From assembly GCA_976226885.1 (NCBI GenBank), contig OZ320321.1, positions 73,842,001 through 73,906,000 of the forward strand: DNA of 64,000 bases, read 5' to 3'. Made by a program: the position numbers and the translations under genes. Each line of letters starts with the position of its first letter. Position 1 is the first letter of the stretch. The notes beneath the pieces were generated by a model. It saw only the letters and a list, made by a program, of their open reading frames with translations. It ran no database searches and was not told the origin of the DNA. This DNA comes from Iphione sp. A-MEVVRFRX5 (taxonomy: Eukaryota). This document shows, one piece after another, positions 1 through 12,259 of this stretch.

Positions 1-1057
1 TAAACTTATTGATTCCTGGTAACACGTTACTAATTCCTGCTAATTAGGACAGTGATTCCTGGGTTTTAGGACAGGAATAGCCGTCCTGATGTAAATGTAA
101 TATAATTCCGACATCTCATGATATGATGACATATTCTGTCCGCTACCTTTTTTTGACTTTTTTTGTTGTGAAACTCAGTATATTCCTTCATCACATGTAC
201 ACACTAGTGTTCTTCCATGGAGAGAATTTTGGAAGATGAAGACTGTACCAAAGATAATATATGCTGATGTTATTCCTCCTGCTCGGCCATATTTGTTCAT
301 CACCAGACACAGACTACCATGAGCACCCACAGACTGTTATTTTAACAGGTTGTCCTTTTCTCTGGTAATTGTCTTAAATATGCAAGGGAACCAATGGTAT
401 TTTTTACACCAACTCAAAAAGTTCCTGACAAACTGGCAATATTACATACGATATCTGCTTGTTAGTCAGTAGGGGTCGACTGTGTCACATTAAGAGGTCA
501 GCCTTTTTTTTGGTGATTTTCTTGAATATTCAAGGGCCATTATGGAGTTGTTTTATTAAATGTTCTGTTACAATGCTGACACCCTCCTCCCACGTGATCC
601 GGTAAGCTTTGCGTCACGCCCTGCCAGTTTGAATACCCAGTAATGGGTACAGGCAGTACAGGCAGTGGGCAAGGAATAATAGCAGAAACAGTTCTCCTTT
701 AAAATCCACATGGTGCTTCCTCGTTTAGTAGATATCTAATCAGTCATTTTCTCTGCAAAAGATCTTTTTTCGTGATCACTCTAGGGACATTAGCAGCAGT
801 GATTATAACATCTTTACTATAGTTCACTTCCCATAGCCAGGGCGGTCCAATAGAGCAAATGACAATTTCCAAGGTGGCATCTGGCTTAGAAGACTTTCTG
901 CCATGTCTCACATATTCTTCTAAAACTGATTTAAGACAAACTTTCATATATTTTTTGTTCCTGGAATTAATCAGATCAGTGGTTAAATGCACTGTTAAGG
1001 TCAGTAGCGTTGAAAGTCAGGTGGCCATGAAACACTAGGTAATTATTTTAGAGAAAT

Positions 1058-1131
1058 GCACCCGCTAGGAATTGAACTCCAGACCTTTGGCATGACAGTC
1101 CAACACCTAACAATCTGAGCTAAAGGGGAGA
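1058..1131 (-). mobile_element. tRNA-derived SINE head or degenerate tRNA-like sequence
   Basis: The minus strand reads TCCCCTTTAGCTCAGATTGTTAGGTGTTGGACTGTCATGCCAAAGGTCTGGAGTTCAATTCCTAGCGGG. It has A-box-like TAGCTCAG, B-box GTTCAATTCC and a TTGG/CCAA anticodon-like stem, but the acceptor and D stems pair poorly. Confidence 0.55.
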
Positions 1132-2144
1132 CCCTTCTAGCCTCAGAGCTAGAGACTGGCCTAATCGCTCTGGTACACCACAATGCAGCTTCAGAAACCT
1201 CGGGTGAATAGTTGTGAGTGTTAATTGTTAGCCAGCCAGTATTCATTTCAGGCAAGATTGTAACATGACCTTTGAACCCCCAGCTGGTTCCTTCGAGGTA
1301 CATTGCAGTATGATTTATGACAAACCGTATGATTATGTGAGAGTACATGATAACATTATGAATGGAGTCTGTGTATCAAGAACTGTTTCTAAACATGACC
1401 CTTAGATATAAAAGCATAATCCGAGTGAACTGGTACGTAATTGACCTTTCGCCAGACACCACTACAGTGGTGCATCTTTTTCCTCTTGGGACATTGTAAT
1501 AGACCACCCAGTGATGAAAATGCTCTATTTTCACGACTTTCTTGTAAATGCTGCACTGTAATAGTTTGTATGTTTGTTTCGGCTGCCAGTGATGGGCCAG
1601 TCACTACTTTCGTTTGTTGATATTTGTAGCCTTTTCTTCACCGCTTTCCCTGCTCACTTCCATAGTCTACCAGTCGAGTGTTCCTAATCATGTTGCTGCC
1701 TCCAAAGGTAGCTTTCCAAAGCTTTGTGGTTAGAAGGAGGTCATGATAAGTGGTTAGATGTTACCACATGATACATCACGTGACATAATCAGCCTAGCCC
1801 TCTACCATATAGTCAGGGTTCAATTACCGAACAAGCAATAATCCCCCCAAAATAGTCGATTTCTAAATGAATTTTCATGGTACAAAGTGATTGTTTCCCC
1901 ATGGAAACAGCACTCAGTATGCGAGTGAACTCCCATTGCCAAATAAAATATAATGCGCCGAAGTTCATCTGTATATTGGGTCCCTTCTGTAAGTGACCTG
2001 TCCCAAGAACAAGTACATTGCATCATTGGTCTTAACCTCTTCTGGCCACTTTCAGGAACGTGCCCTGCCATGCTAATTCAACCTGTTACTATTGCTCAAG
2101 AAATGTACTGAGGCTTGGATATTTGTAGCTCAGTATACTTGCTG

Positions 2145-2617
2145 TATATGACTGTCATTGGAGTAAGCTTTGAGAGCAGAGTTGACTGGTTTCCTTATCA
2201 TATACAGCTGTCTTTGCAGTAAGTTTCCAGAAGGATGTTGACAGTGATTTACATGTTGTATACAACTGTCACTGCAGTAGGCTTTGAGGGGGGATGTTGA
2301 CAGTGGTTTACTTGTCGTATACAACTGTCATTGCACTAAGCTTCGAGAGGGATGTTGACAGTGATTTACATGTTGTATACAACTGTCACTGCAGTAAGCT
2401 TTGAAAATGATGTTGATAGTGGTTAACTTGTTGTGTACAACTGTCATTGGAGAAAGCTTTAAGAGGGATGTTGACAGTGGTTTACATGTTGTATACAACT
2501 CACTGCAGTAAGCTTTGAGAGTTATGTCGTATACACCTGCCATTGCAGTAAGCTTTGAGAGAGATGCTGACAGCAGTTAACATGTCGTATACATGTGCCA
2601 TTGCAGTAAGCTTTGAG
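2145..2617. repeat. ~58-bp minisatellite, ~8 degenerate copies
   Basis: Recurrent unit acaactgtcactgcagtaagctttgagagggatgttgacagtggtttacatgttgtat. Confidence 0.9.
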
Positions 2618-4133
2618 GCAGTTCCTTGTCTGGCTTTACGGGTAACACCGGGTCACATATCATTGGTGTCTGAATTGCTTGTTAGATGCGCTTTCCTCCT
2701 CCGGTGTGTTGTTGTAAGGTTATAAATTGTGTACAATCAGTCCACGCCATCTGAACGCGTGTTTCCGGTGAAACTGCTTGCATATCAGCTTTGTTTGGTT
2801 AAGAAATATTAAAATGTGCACATTGTCTAAATGCCAAATGGTTGTTTCAGAAATCATTCGGACATGAGAAAGCTCCTTGTACTGGGTGTTTACATAGCGT
2901 GGGCTGAGAGTACGTGGATCTGCACAGATTGATATTGTTGGTGCTTAGGAACGTGTGCAACTATACCTCCCAAGAAATTATTCTGGTCACAATGATGACT
3001 CGAAATGACTTAAACCACATTGCTGGTGAAAAAAATTGTTTCATACAAAATGGTAGCTAATATTGGTCCTCTAGTGAAATGCTTTTACATTTTTGCTCTT
3101 TTTGATACTCCATAGAGGAAGCAGAATTTGAAATTCAGATGACAAATCCTCTGTGATGTAGTAGAATAATGTGACAATACAATATACCTAAATACATTAC
3201 ACCAGAATACAGTATACCTTAATAAAGTAGTTATTAAAAAACTAGAAAATAAATCATCATATACATATACTAAATAAACTACTGTTTGCTGTCTACAGTG
3301 AGAGCCTCTCTCCAACGGGCATCATCTCTAAAGTGGTACTATTGATAAAGACTAAGTGATGGCCTTTGTACAGAGGTTCCTCTCTACATTGTTTATAGAC
3401 AATGCTAGAAAATCAGTTTATAAATGGTATAGTTATGCATAGTAACATTCTTGGTTTTCCTTGAATTACAAGAGTATTATGTATGAGTGAGTAATAAACG
3501 GTATGATTTCCGAACAATTTGGTTTGCGAGTGTGAGCTCGGTTTTCTGGTAATTGCCAACTTTGATAGGTGGATGGCTTTTATGTTGAATGTAAGGTGAC
3601 CGCTTTTGTTTCCATTAATTTGTAATCTTTAAGAGGTTATGGTAGGATCTTTTCTTTCAAAGATAATTTATTTTGTAATCCAGATTCGAAAATCTGATGA
3701 TTAATCAAATTGGAGATGGTAAATGTTCTCTGAAGATGATTTGTAATCCTGAGTGAGAAAATATGAAAATAAAAACTGTGGAGATGGTAAGAAATGTTCT
3801 CTAAAGTTGATACTACTAAAGGTTTCCCCCCCAGTTACATATCATCTGGGCGGCACATTTAGTTGGTTGATGACTAATTTTCTTTGCGATGATATTTTGG
3901 TTGTAATATTTTGATGTAATCTAGAAGTTGGATGTGTTATATGGAATTTTATAGGTGACTGCACCAACCATTACCTAATTCATCTGTATGCATATGGTAA
4001 GTGTAGGAAAGCTGCAGTGTTGTGCATAGATTTTTAATTGTTTATACTGTGAGGAACCTTCCCCCAAATAAAGTGATTTGGGCCTGTTTTGTTTGAACCC
4101 TGTGTTCAGCTTGTCTTTTTCTCTTTTTGTATA

Positions 4134-4309
4134 CAGTCAAAACCCTATTTGCAATCACCACTCGTTTCAAGCTGAAATGGTCACATTGGTAAATTTGGTC
4201 ACAAATACGGTATCAAATGTATAGAAATCACCATTTTTATTCCTACATTAGGCGGTTGCAAATAGTGAATGGTCTCAATTTGATGCGGTCAGAAATAGGG
4301 TTTCAACTA
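4134..4309. mobile_element. Tc1/mariner(pogo)-type MITE
   Basis: Imperfect terminal inverted repeats TA|CAGTCAAAACCCTATTT ... AAATAGGGTTTCAACTA|TA with flanking TA dinucleotides; ~176 bp, non-coding. Confidence 0.65.
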
Positions 4310-4599
4310 TATATTACCGATTGCCATAAGCAAGTCTATGCCGAACCCTGAAGCACCAGAACCATCTAAATCTAAATTCCACACCTGTACTGGAGTGTCC
4401 CGACCAAACTGTCCTGAGGTAGACACCTAGTGTCTGTTACCGGTACTAGAGCTGTAATATGGAGGCCCTGCATGAGAGATTTCCGGATTTACAGGCGATT
4501 GAACTAACGAGGAGATCTACATTAGAGGTGAATAGTAACGAGAGACAGGATGTCTGGGGAGGGGGGGAGACAGTAACGAGAGTTACACAATACAGCGAT

Positions 4600-6350
4600 T
4601 GTATACAGCAAGGACAGAGTTTACAGTGACAAGAGGTACACAATAAAGAGAGGATATACAGGAAGAAGACACTAGACAGTAGTGAGAGCTACACAATGAA
4701 GTGAGGATATACAAGAAGGATGGAGTTTATAGCAATGAGAAGAACACAATACAGCGATTGTATACAGCAAGGAGAGTTTACAGTGATAAGAGGTACACAA
4801 TAAAGAGAGGATATACAGGAAGAAGACACCAGACAGTAGTGAGAGCTACACAATGAAGTGAGGATATACAAGAAAGAAAGAGTTTACAGCAACGAGCAAG
4901 GACAGAGTTTACAGTGACAAGAGGTACACAATAAAGAGAGGATATACAGGAAGAAGACACCAGACAGTAGTGAGAGCTACACAACGAAATGAGGGTATAC
5001 AAGAAGGGTAGAGTTTACAGCAATGAGCAAGGACAGAGTTTACAGTGACAAGAGGTACACAATAAAGAGAGGATATACAGGAAGAAGACACCAGACAGTA
5101 GTGAGAGCTACACAATGAAGTGAGGATATACAAGAAGGAAAGAGTTTACAGCAATGAGCAAGGACAGAGTTTACAGTGATAAGAGGTACACAATAAAGAG
5201 AGGATATACAGGAAGAAGACACCAGACAGTAGTGAGAGCTACACAATGAAGTGAGGATATACAAGAAGGAAAGAGTTTACAGCAATGAGCAAGGACAGAG
5301 TTTACAGTGATAAGAGGTACACAATAAAGAGAGGATATACAGGAAGAAGACACTAGATAGTAGTGAGAGCTACACAATGAAGTGAGGATATACAGCAAGG
5401 AGAGATTATATAGGAGACAGGATGATTGTGGGGAGGGCAGACAGAAAAGAGAGTTACACAGTACAGTGAGCATATACAGCAAAGAGAGTCTACAGTAGTG
5501 AGAGTTACAGCGCACTGTAAGCACATACAGCAAAGAGAGAGTGTAGTGACAGTTACATAGTACAGTGAGGATGTACAGCAGGGAGAGTGTATACAGTAAG
5601 GAGAGGTGTACAATACAGTGAGTGTATTCATCAAGGAGAGAGTGTACAGTAATGAGAATTGTGCAATAAAGTAAAGGTATACATCACAGAGTTTACAGTA
5701 AGAAGACCTACGCAATGCAAGTCCATACAGAGTGGAGAGTGCACATTAATGAAAGGTACACGATACAGTGAGCATATACAGCAATGAGACAGTACACAGT
5801 AAGGAGAGCTACACAGTACAGCAAGGAGTTTACAGTAAGGAGAGAGTTTACAGTAATGAGAGGTACACAATACTGCGAGCATATACAGCAAGGAGACAGT
5901 ACACAGTAAGGAGAGCTACACAGTAGAGCAAGGAGTTTACAGTAAGGAGAGAGTTTACAGTGATGAGTTACACAATGGAGCAAGGGTATATAGCAAGGAG
6001 AGAGTTTACAGTAATATAGTTCACAGTTATGAGAGGTGAACAGTAATGAGAAGTGTACCTCAATGAGAGGTATACAGTCAGGAGAGTGTTTACAGTAGTG
6101 AAAGGTACACAATACAGTGACAACATACAGCAAGTAGAGAGTTTCAAGTAGTGAAGGATACACAATACATTAGCAGTATATGGCAAGGAGAGAGTTTACA
6201 ATAATTAAAGTTGACAGCAACGAGAAGTGTACATTAATGAGAAGTGAACAGTTATAAGACGTCTACAGTGAGGAGAGGGTTAACAGCAGTGAGTACTTTG
6301 TAATGAGAAGGTAGACATTGCAACAAGGATACACAATAAGGACAGAGTAT
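4600..6350. repeat. 131-bp minisatellite (~6 copies, 4600-5400) grading into degenerate purine-rich short repeats
   Basis: Near-identical ORFs start at 4778, 4909, 5040 and 5171, a constant 131-bp step; unit includes gaggtacacaataaagagaggatatacaggaagaagacac. Confidence 0.92.
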
Positions 6351-6958
6351 ACAGTAATGCAAGTATACAGTAATTCCAGAGAGTACAGAAAGGAGGGTTG
6401 GTTCAGGTCTATGGCAACAGAATCCAATGGAACCCAATTAGAATCCAAGGAAATGTACTTCCTAGGTCAGCAAAGGTTGAAGCAAATAATTTATAAGACC
6501 CATTTATATTGATGTCTTTGGCTGGCAAATATCTCTTTGAAAGGACGAAAAAAAATATATGTTTCAAGGACACTTTCGGGGAACATAGCAGGTATTATAA
6601 TTCTATTATTATCCTATTCCTTGCACTAAAGAAAAATGGCAGGCCCGAGGAAAGCGGGCTGCTTATCACTGATCCCAAAAATGACTCCAGAAATGCCGAA
6701 TTGAGCATTACTAGTTCAGCCAACACCGGGCACGGTGTGGATGGGGGAAACTTGTGTACAGACAACAGGCCCCATTGCTACATATACATATCCATGGAAA
6801 CCTAACGAAGAGAACGAGTCAAGAAGCATATACATCTCGATACCAGAGGGAGCCACCATCTCTTCACACTCTGCTGAAGGGGTATTGCTAGTTCACCCCA
6901 AACCAGGTACGGTGTGGATGGGAATAATTGGAAGAATAGAAAATAGGGGTCACTGCTA

Positions 6959-6959
6959 T

Positions 6960-6994
<35 letters not shown>
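6959..6994. repeat. (CA)n(TA)n microsatellite
   Basis: Direct reading of the sequence. Confidence 0.95.
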
Positions 6995-6995
<1 letters not shown>

Positions 6996-7964
6996 CCAAG
7001 GAAATTTAATAAAGAGAATGAGCCAAGTAGCATATACACCTCGATACCAGAGGGAGCCACTCGTGACTATGCTTCCTCCGCCAGGCGGTGTAGCTACTGA
7101 GCGAAATAGTTTTAATAAAAAGAAAGGTGACAAAATATCCTATCTTAAACTTCACGGTATCAGACGATACCCCCGATATCCCCTTGGCTACGGGCATGCC
7201 GGGATGTGTCCATTTATTGTGGCAGTGTGTGTACGTGTGTATAAGTGTGTGCACTACCCCGATCCAGTAAGACACAATGGCGACGATTTTTGAGAGGCGG
7301 GTATATTGTCACAGAGGCGTACACAAAGGCAAATCTGAGATGTAGGAGGTAAAGTAGGAGTAGATGAGAGGACAAAGTGAAATAAAAGACAAGCCGTAAG
7401 CATCTCTGCGAGGCTTTATCTGTTTTAAATCCCCCTCCTCCCCCTCATTCCACTGTACGATGTGTTGAATTTGTCAAGAAGGTTTCAAGACCGAAATGAA
7501 TTAGCGTCTATAATGTGTGTGTTACTTATTATAGATGATATGTGCTAAGTGTGCATATTCAAGCCCAAAGTATGAGTTAAGCCCGCTTCACAGATTGTTT
7601 CCCATACAACATGGGTGTCCAGAAAATTGGCCGATTTTCCGGACCCCTCCCGACGCCCCCCCCCCTTCCATGTACAGTCAAGGAGACCCACACGGACCAG
7701 TATAGAGATGGACCTTTTCAGCAGGATAGACACTGTCTATCACATGATAGATAATGTGACAGTTTTTACAGAATTGGGCAGAGTTCTTTCGGATCGGCAC
7801 AAAAACTGACAATTTTAACAGAATTGGGCGGAATTCTTTCCAATCGACTCAAAAACGCAGTTTTAACAGACTTGGATGTATTTCTTTCTGATTGCCACGA
7901 AAAAATCCTTTTGAACAGACTTGGTCAGAATTCCTTCCTATAAGCATTTAAAACATACACACGC

Positions 7965-8029
7965 ACTTTCTGTCTGTTTGTCTGTCTCTCTCTCTGTCTC
8001 TCTGTCTCTCTCTCTCCCTCTCTCCCGCC

Positions 8030-8066
<37 letters not shown>

Positions 8067-8075
8067 TTCTCTCTC
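7965..8075. repeat. (TC)n/(CTAT)n compound microsatellite
   Basis: Direct reading of the sequence. Confidence 0.95.
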
Positions 8076-8565
8076 TTGTTCTCTCCATGGCCATTCCCTG
8101 ACTGTCCGCTGTCCGTGGTCCGGAGAAATTTACAGGCAACGTTCGTTGCTTATCTCCGGAAAACGGAACACGGACGTGTAAACATAGAAACAATCATGTT
8201 AAACACCTTGTTTTCCCTTCACAGCTCCACCTATTACCCACCCAAGTCGAGTTCTAAGCCAGAAGTGACTGAATGCAAGTAATGTAAAGTGTGTACCCTG
8301 GACTTGATCATCGACGTCACTCTACGACCCACCTCAGCACCCTCTATCGGAACTCTGGTCGAGCGTACATGATCGCCTGGTCCCACAGAGAAATCTCCCC
8401 GCCTCGACCCCTCCCCCCACGCGCCCCATGCAAGCTACCGGCGCCCTCGAGTCGGTGAAATGTACATGATTCCACGCGCTTGCTTCCAGGTCCCAGGCCC
8501 CCAGCGTTGACAGCTTGACGCGCGGAACGAGGGGATCCACGTGAAATGTACATGATTGCCCGCTC

Positions 8566-9086
8566 TAAGGCCAAGGTAAGAAATATCGGTGTTTCCAGCC
8601 AGGTCTGCTAACCGACCGATCCTTGCTTTGTTCACAATGAAACTTTTTATTCTATTTTGTTTTTGTGAATATATCTCCAGAAAGCTAGAGATTAATACTA
8701 TATACTACAGTGTTCCTGAGATCTTTAGCGTTCACATGAAATCTGTTTCATTGACATCTAAGGTCTGGTGAATATCTGTGTTTCCGGTAACCCGACCGAC
8801 CCTACAGTTAAGCCAGTTGTATCCTTTTATTTCTTCACTGTTTTGTGAATATAGCTTCAGAATGAATAGGGATGGGGACTTATACGATACATTCCGTTTT
8901 CCTCCTTATGGCTCTAGCATTGATATTTAATCAGCTAGTAGAAGTAATAGTTCGAGGAATGTAAATTACTCTCAGGTATCTTCAGTGTGAAAATTCTGTA
9001 AGATAAGTAAAATAATACCACCGACCTACCGACCCTACATTTTTCTTCAGCACGTTACTGGAAACACAGATATTTTGTTAGGCCGT
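8566..9086. mobile_element. Non-autonomous DNA transposon/MITE with a duplicated left end
   Basis: Left ends aatatcggtgtttccagcc..ccgaccgatcc (~8582) and aatatctgtgtttccggtaacccgaccgaccc (~8772) are inverted relative to the right end gttactggaaacacagatatttt..ttaggcc (~9054-9085). Confidence 0.55.
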
Positions 9087-9241
9087 TCTGAGCGCAGGTC
9101 TTCACGTCACGTGGTGCCGGCCCGCAGGCGCGCGCACCTGAGCACGAGGTATTCACTTTGGGACTTGCAGGTGAGTGGACGTGTGCGTGGCTAGAGACAA
9201 GGTGCAATAGGTCGTTCATGGTCGTCCGTCCTCTGGGATGG

Positions 9242-9331
<90 letters not shown>

Positions 9332-9480
9332 ATTTCTCTCTCTCTCATTCTCCGCGCCAGCCTGCCTCACTCAAAAGATGCAGCATTTTATAATGTCTGC
9401 GTTGCCAAAAACTTGAGAGACAGTTGCGCGAGTCGCCGGCGAGGGGCATGCTTCTAGCGACATGGCGGCAGTTGTCCCTG
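9086..9480 (+). promoter_or_regulatory. CpG-rich putative host promoter / non-coding first exon
   Basis: CpG-dense stretch in a CpG-poor window. Contains CACGTCACGTG (CRE/E-box-like), CGCAGGCGCGCGCAC (NRF1-like), a consensus donor CAG|GTGAGT at 9170/9171, and CATGGCGGC (YY1-like) at ~9462. Confidence 0.4.
9245..9345. repeat. (CT)n microsatellite
   Basis: Long CT run; source of the RE-repeat and SL-repeat pseudo-ORFs. Confidence 0.97.
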
Positions 9481-9721
9481 CCCTGTTATCTCAGCTCTCT
9501 CTATATGGATGAGCTGTGAAGGATAGTTGTCGCATTTTTTCAGTGTCTCTGCAGGACCTTTTTTGTGACATGCCGACAGATTCCTCGTGGTAGTCCTACT
9601 TGGTCATAGGTGGTTGTTGTCGTGTGGAATTTTGGGGCTTTCTTTGCGCCTCGATTTCTTCCTTGTCATGCACCTGCCCCGTGCTGCCCGGCAGGCTGGA
9701 TTGGGCCGTCGCGGTCGTCTT

Positions 9722-10996
9722 ACTCCCAATTTAAAGAATTGTACTGGACACACAGCCAGGAATTGTTTTGGGGGGTATCGGACGATACCTCCGATACCCC
9801 AGAGGTGGAACTCCTGGAGGCCTATGTCTATGTAGGCCTATAGGCATTAGGTTTTGTGGGGGGTATCGGACGATACCCCCAATACCCCCTGGCTACGGGC
9901 CTGACACATACTGTAGATGTTTTTCCTGGCAAACAAGATCAGATCTGGCAGCTCGAGACAAGATCATGTGACCAAAAAAAGAAAACGTCTGTAATGATTA
10001 TTTCATATACAGAGGCTCTGGTGAGATCAGCCAATTTGCAAGGACTGAAGCAACATTGCTTTTCATAACAGCAATGTTCGCTATAAGTTCATCAGCAGCC
10101 ATGGTGCGAGGATGCATGAGTGGGGGGAGAGAGGCACTTATGTAATGAGATGCATACTGAATAGTGTGTTATGTGCGGTATTTATTCCCACCATGAGGCA
10201 TAGCACCAAGTGCAACCGAAGTGTGTATCCTTAATGTGGGAATGTATCAAGTACGTCTCGAAAGCCCGAGACAGACACACGTAACATACGAGGTGTCTAT
10301 AAAATCCAGAGTTTGAGGAGTGAAAGTCTTTTAGCGTTGTGAGGTTTTTTTTGGCCACAACTCAGGATTTTTACACACCTCGAGTTCTGGTGTAGTTGAT
10401 ATTCCCCACGTGGAGGGAAACACTCGGCTGGCCCTTCTGCTATAATCCCTACTGTGAGAATATATAATGTACAACACTCCATTCAGTATGTTATCTATTA
10501 CATAAATGCCTCTCCACCCCCCAACTCATGCAGCCTCACCCCTAAGACTGCTACTGAGAACATGCGGCATTGCTTTCTACGTTGATGATACCAGTATCAT
10601 TGACAGTGTCATCGTTTTGTTCGTCTCCTTTGATTGGTTGCTTCATAGATTAGAAGGGTGCTCGTCAGTTCCTGCCTGGTCTCTTGTGTTTTAGGGGTAG
10701 GCTTGCTTACCAGTGACAAGTTTCCGCCACAGATTCAATGACGGTCAAGGTTTCTGATCCAAGTCCTTTACTGGATTTGAAGACGGATTGTATTGAAAGG
10801 CTCTTTATGATTAGTAATGTTGCTCTAGTACTCACAAATTGGCTGATCTAACCAGACCCTCTGTATATGAAAATAATCATTACAGATTTTTTCTTTTTTA
10901 GTCACATGACCTCATGTGAAGCTGCCAGACCTGATCTCATTTGGCAGGAAAAGCATCTACAGTATGTGCCCAGTACAATTCTTAATGGTTTGGGTA
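9722..10996. mobile_element. Foldback/MITE-like element with ~180-bp inverted arms
   Basis: 9722-10057 (minus the nested insert) is the reverse complement of 10816-10996, e.g. gatcagccaatttg/caaattggctgatc and catactgtagatg/catctacagtatg. Confidence 0.7.
9752..9903. mobile_element. hAT-like MITE nested in the left inverted arm
   Basis: Right end CCTGGCTACGGGCCTG and eroded left end CAGCCAGG; two internal hairpins ggggtatcggacgatac(c/t)cc. The right arm preserves the empty site. A related end is at ~7145-7197. Confidence 0.6.
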
Positions 10997-11419
10997 CCTG
11001 TTCAGGTCATCGTCATGCTGAAGGCAAATAGTTTCCTTGTGAGGTTGTGATGCACATTTATTTAAGGATAGATTAAGGTAGTTCTTAAGGTAGTACTTAA
11101 GGTAGTTAAGACAGTTCTTTAGTTATAAGAAGTGTCTTCCGTAAGGATTTCAGGTTTCATATTGTGTCATGACAGTGTTACTGCTGTTTGCTATTTGAGG
11201 GAGATGGGTCCCTCCAAAGTCTCCTGTTAGACGTCAGGCCCATTCAATCTGGCTTCTCTTGGAACTCAAGTCTGTGCTTGTATCAATCTTTCACAGTCCT
11301 GGTGTCTGCAATATTGAAGCTGATTAGGCTTCTAGGCATTCTCAGGACAACCGGGAGTGGACAGGTTTTTACAATCATCGTAGTGTGAGAGTCTGTTGGT
11401 TATGTGGTTGAGTCTGTGT

Positions 11420-12180
11420 GTTGTCGAGTCTATGGGTGGTAACTGTGGTGTGTGTTGAGTCTAGTGGTGTTAACTGGGTGTGTGTATTGTCTACTGGTGG
11501 TAACTGGGCATGTGTGTTGTAGGTGTGTGTATTGTTGAGTCTCATGGTAATTGCGGTGTGTGTTGGGCCTGCTGGTGGTGACTGGGTGTGTGTTTCTAGT
11601 GGTGTGTGTGTTGAGTTCTACGGGTGTTAACTGTGGTGTGTGTTGAGTCTAGTGGTGTTAACTGGGTGTGTGTGTTGTCTACTGGTGGTAACTGGGCATG
11701 TGTGCTGTAGGTATGTGTGTTGTTGAGTCCCGTGGTAATTGCAGTATGTGTTGAGCCTGCTGGTGGTGACTGGGTGTGTTGTTTCTAGTGGTGTGTGTGT
11801 TGAGTTCTACAGTGTTAACTGTGGTGTGTGTTGAGTCTACTGGTGGTAACTGGGCATGTGTGTTGTAGGTGTGTGTATTGTTGAGTCCCGTGGTAATTGC
11901 AGTGTGTGTTGAGCCTGCTGGTGGTGACTGGGTGTGTGTTTCTAGTGGTGTGTGTGTTGAGTTCTACGGGTGTTAACTGTGGTGTGTGTTGAGTCTAGTG
12001 GTGTTAATGTGTGTGTTGTCTACTGGTGGTAACTGGGCATGTGTGTTGTAGGTGTGTGTATTGTTGAGTCTCATGGTAATTGCGATGTGTGTTGAGTCTG
12101 CTGGTGGTGACTGGGTGTGTTGAGTATAGTTGTGTGGTGTGTTGAATCAACTGGTGTTGACTTGGGTGTGTGTGTTGTCT
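11420..12180. repeat. TG-rich minisatellite with ~190-bp higher-order unit
   Basis: gtctagtggtgttaactgggtgtgtgt..gtctactggtggtaactgggcatgtg recurs at ~11458, ~11647 and later. Confidence 0.85.
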
Positions 12181-12259
12181 ATGGGTGTTAAATGGGTGTG
12201 TGTGCGTTTTAAACTGATTTAATGGTTTGTTGAGCTCAGTTGGTCGTGGTGCTATTGCA

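Noticed and set aside
1058-1131. Functional tRNA-Asp(GTC)
   Set aside because: Acceptor, D and T stems pair poorly; better explained as a SINE head or pseudogene.
1389-2071. piggyBac transposase fragment (TDELRR..LAMGV..RNRLF)
   Set aside because: Only a faint resemblance; no DDD motifs, TIRs or TTAA could be found.
4446-6186. Cys/Leu-rich small ORFs
   Set aside because: Translations of the 131-bp minisatellite and its degenerate extension.
9055-9457. RE-repeat and SL-repeat proteins
   Set aside because: Artefacts of the (CT)n microsatellite.
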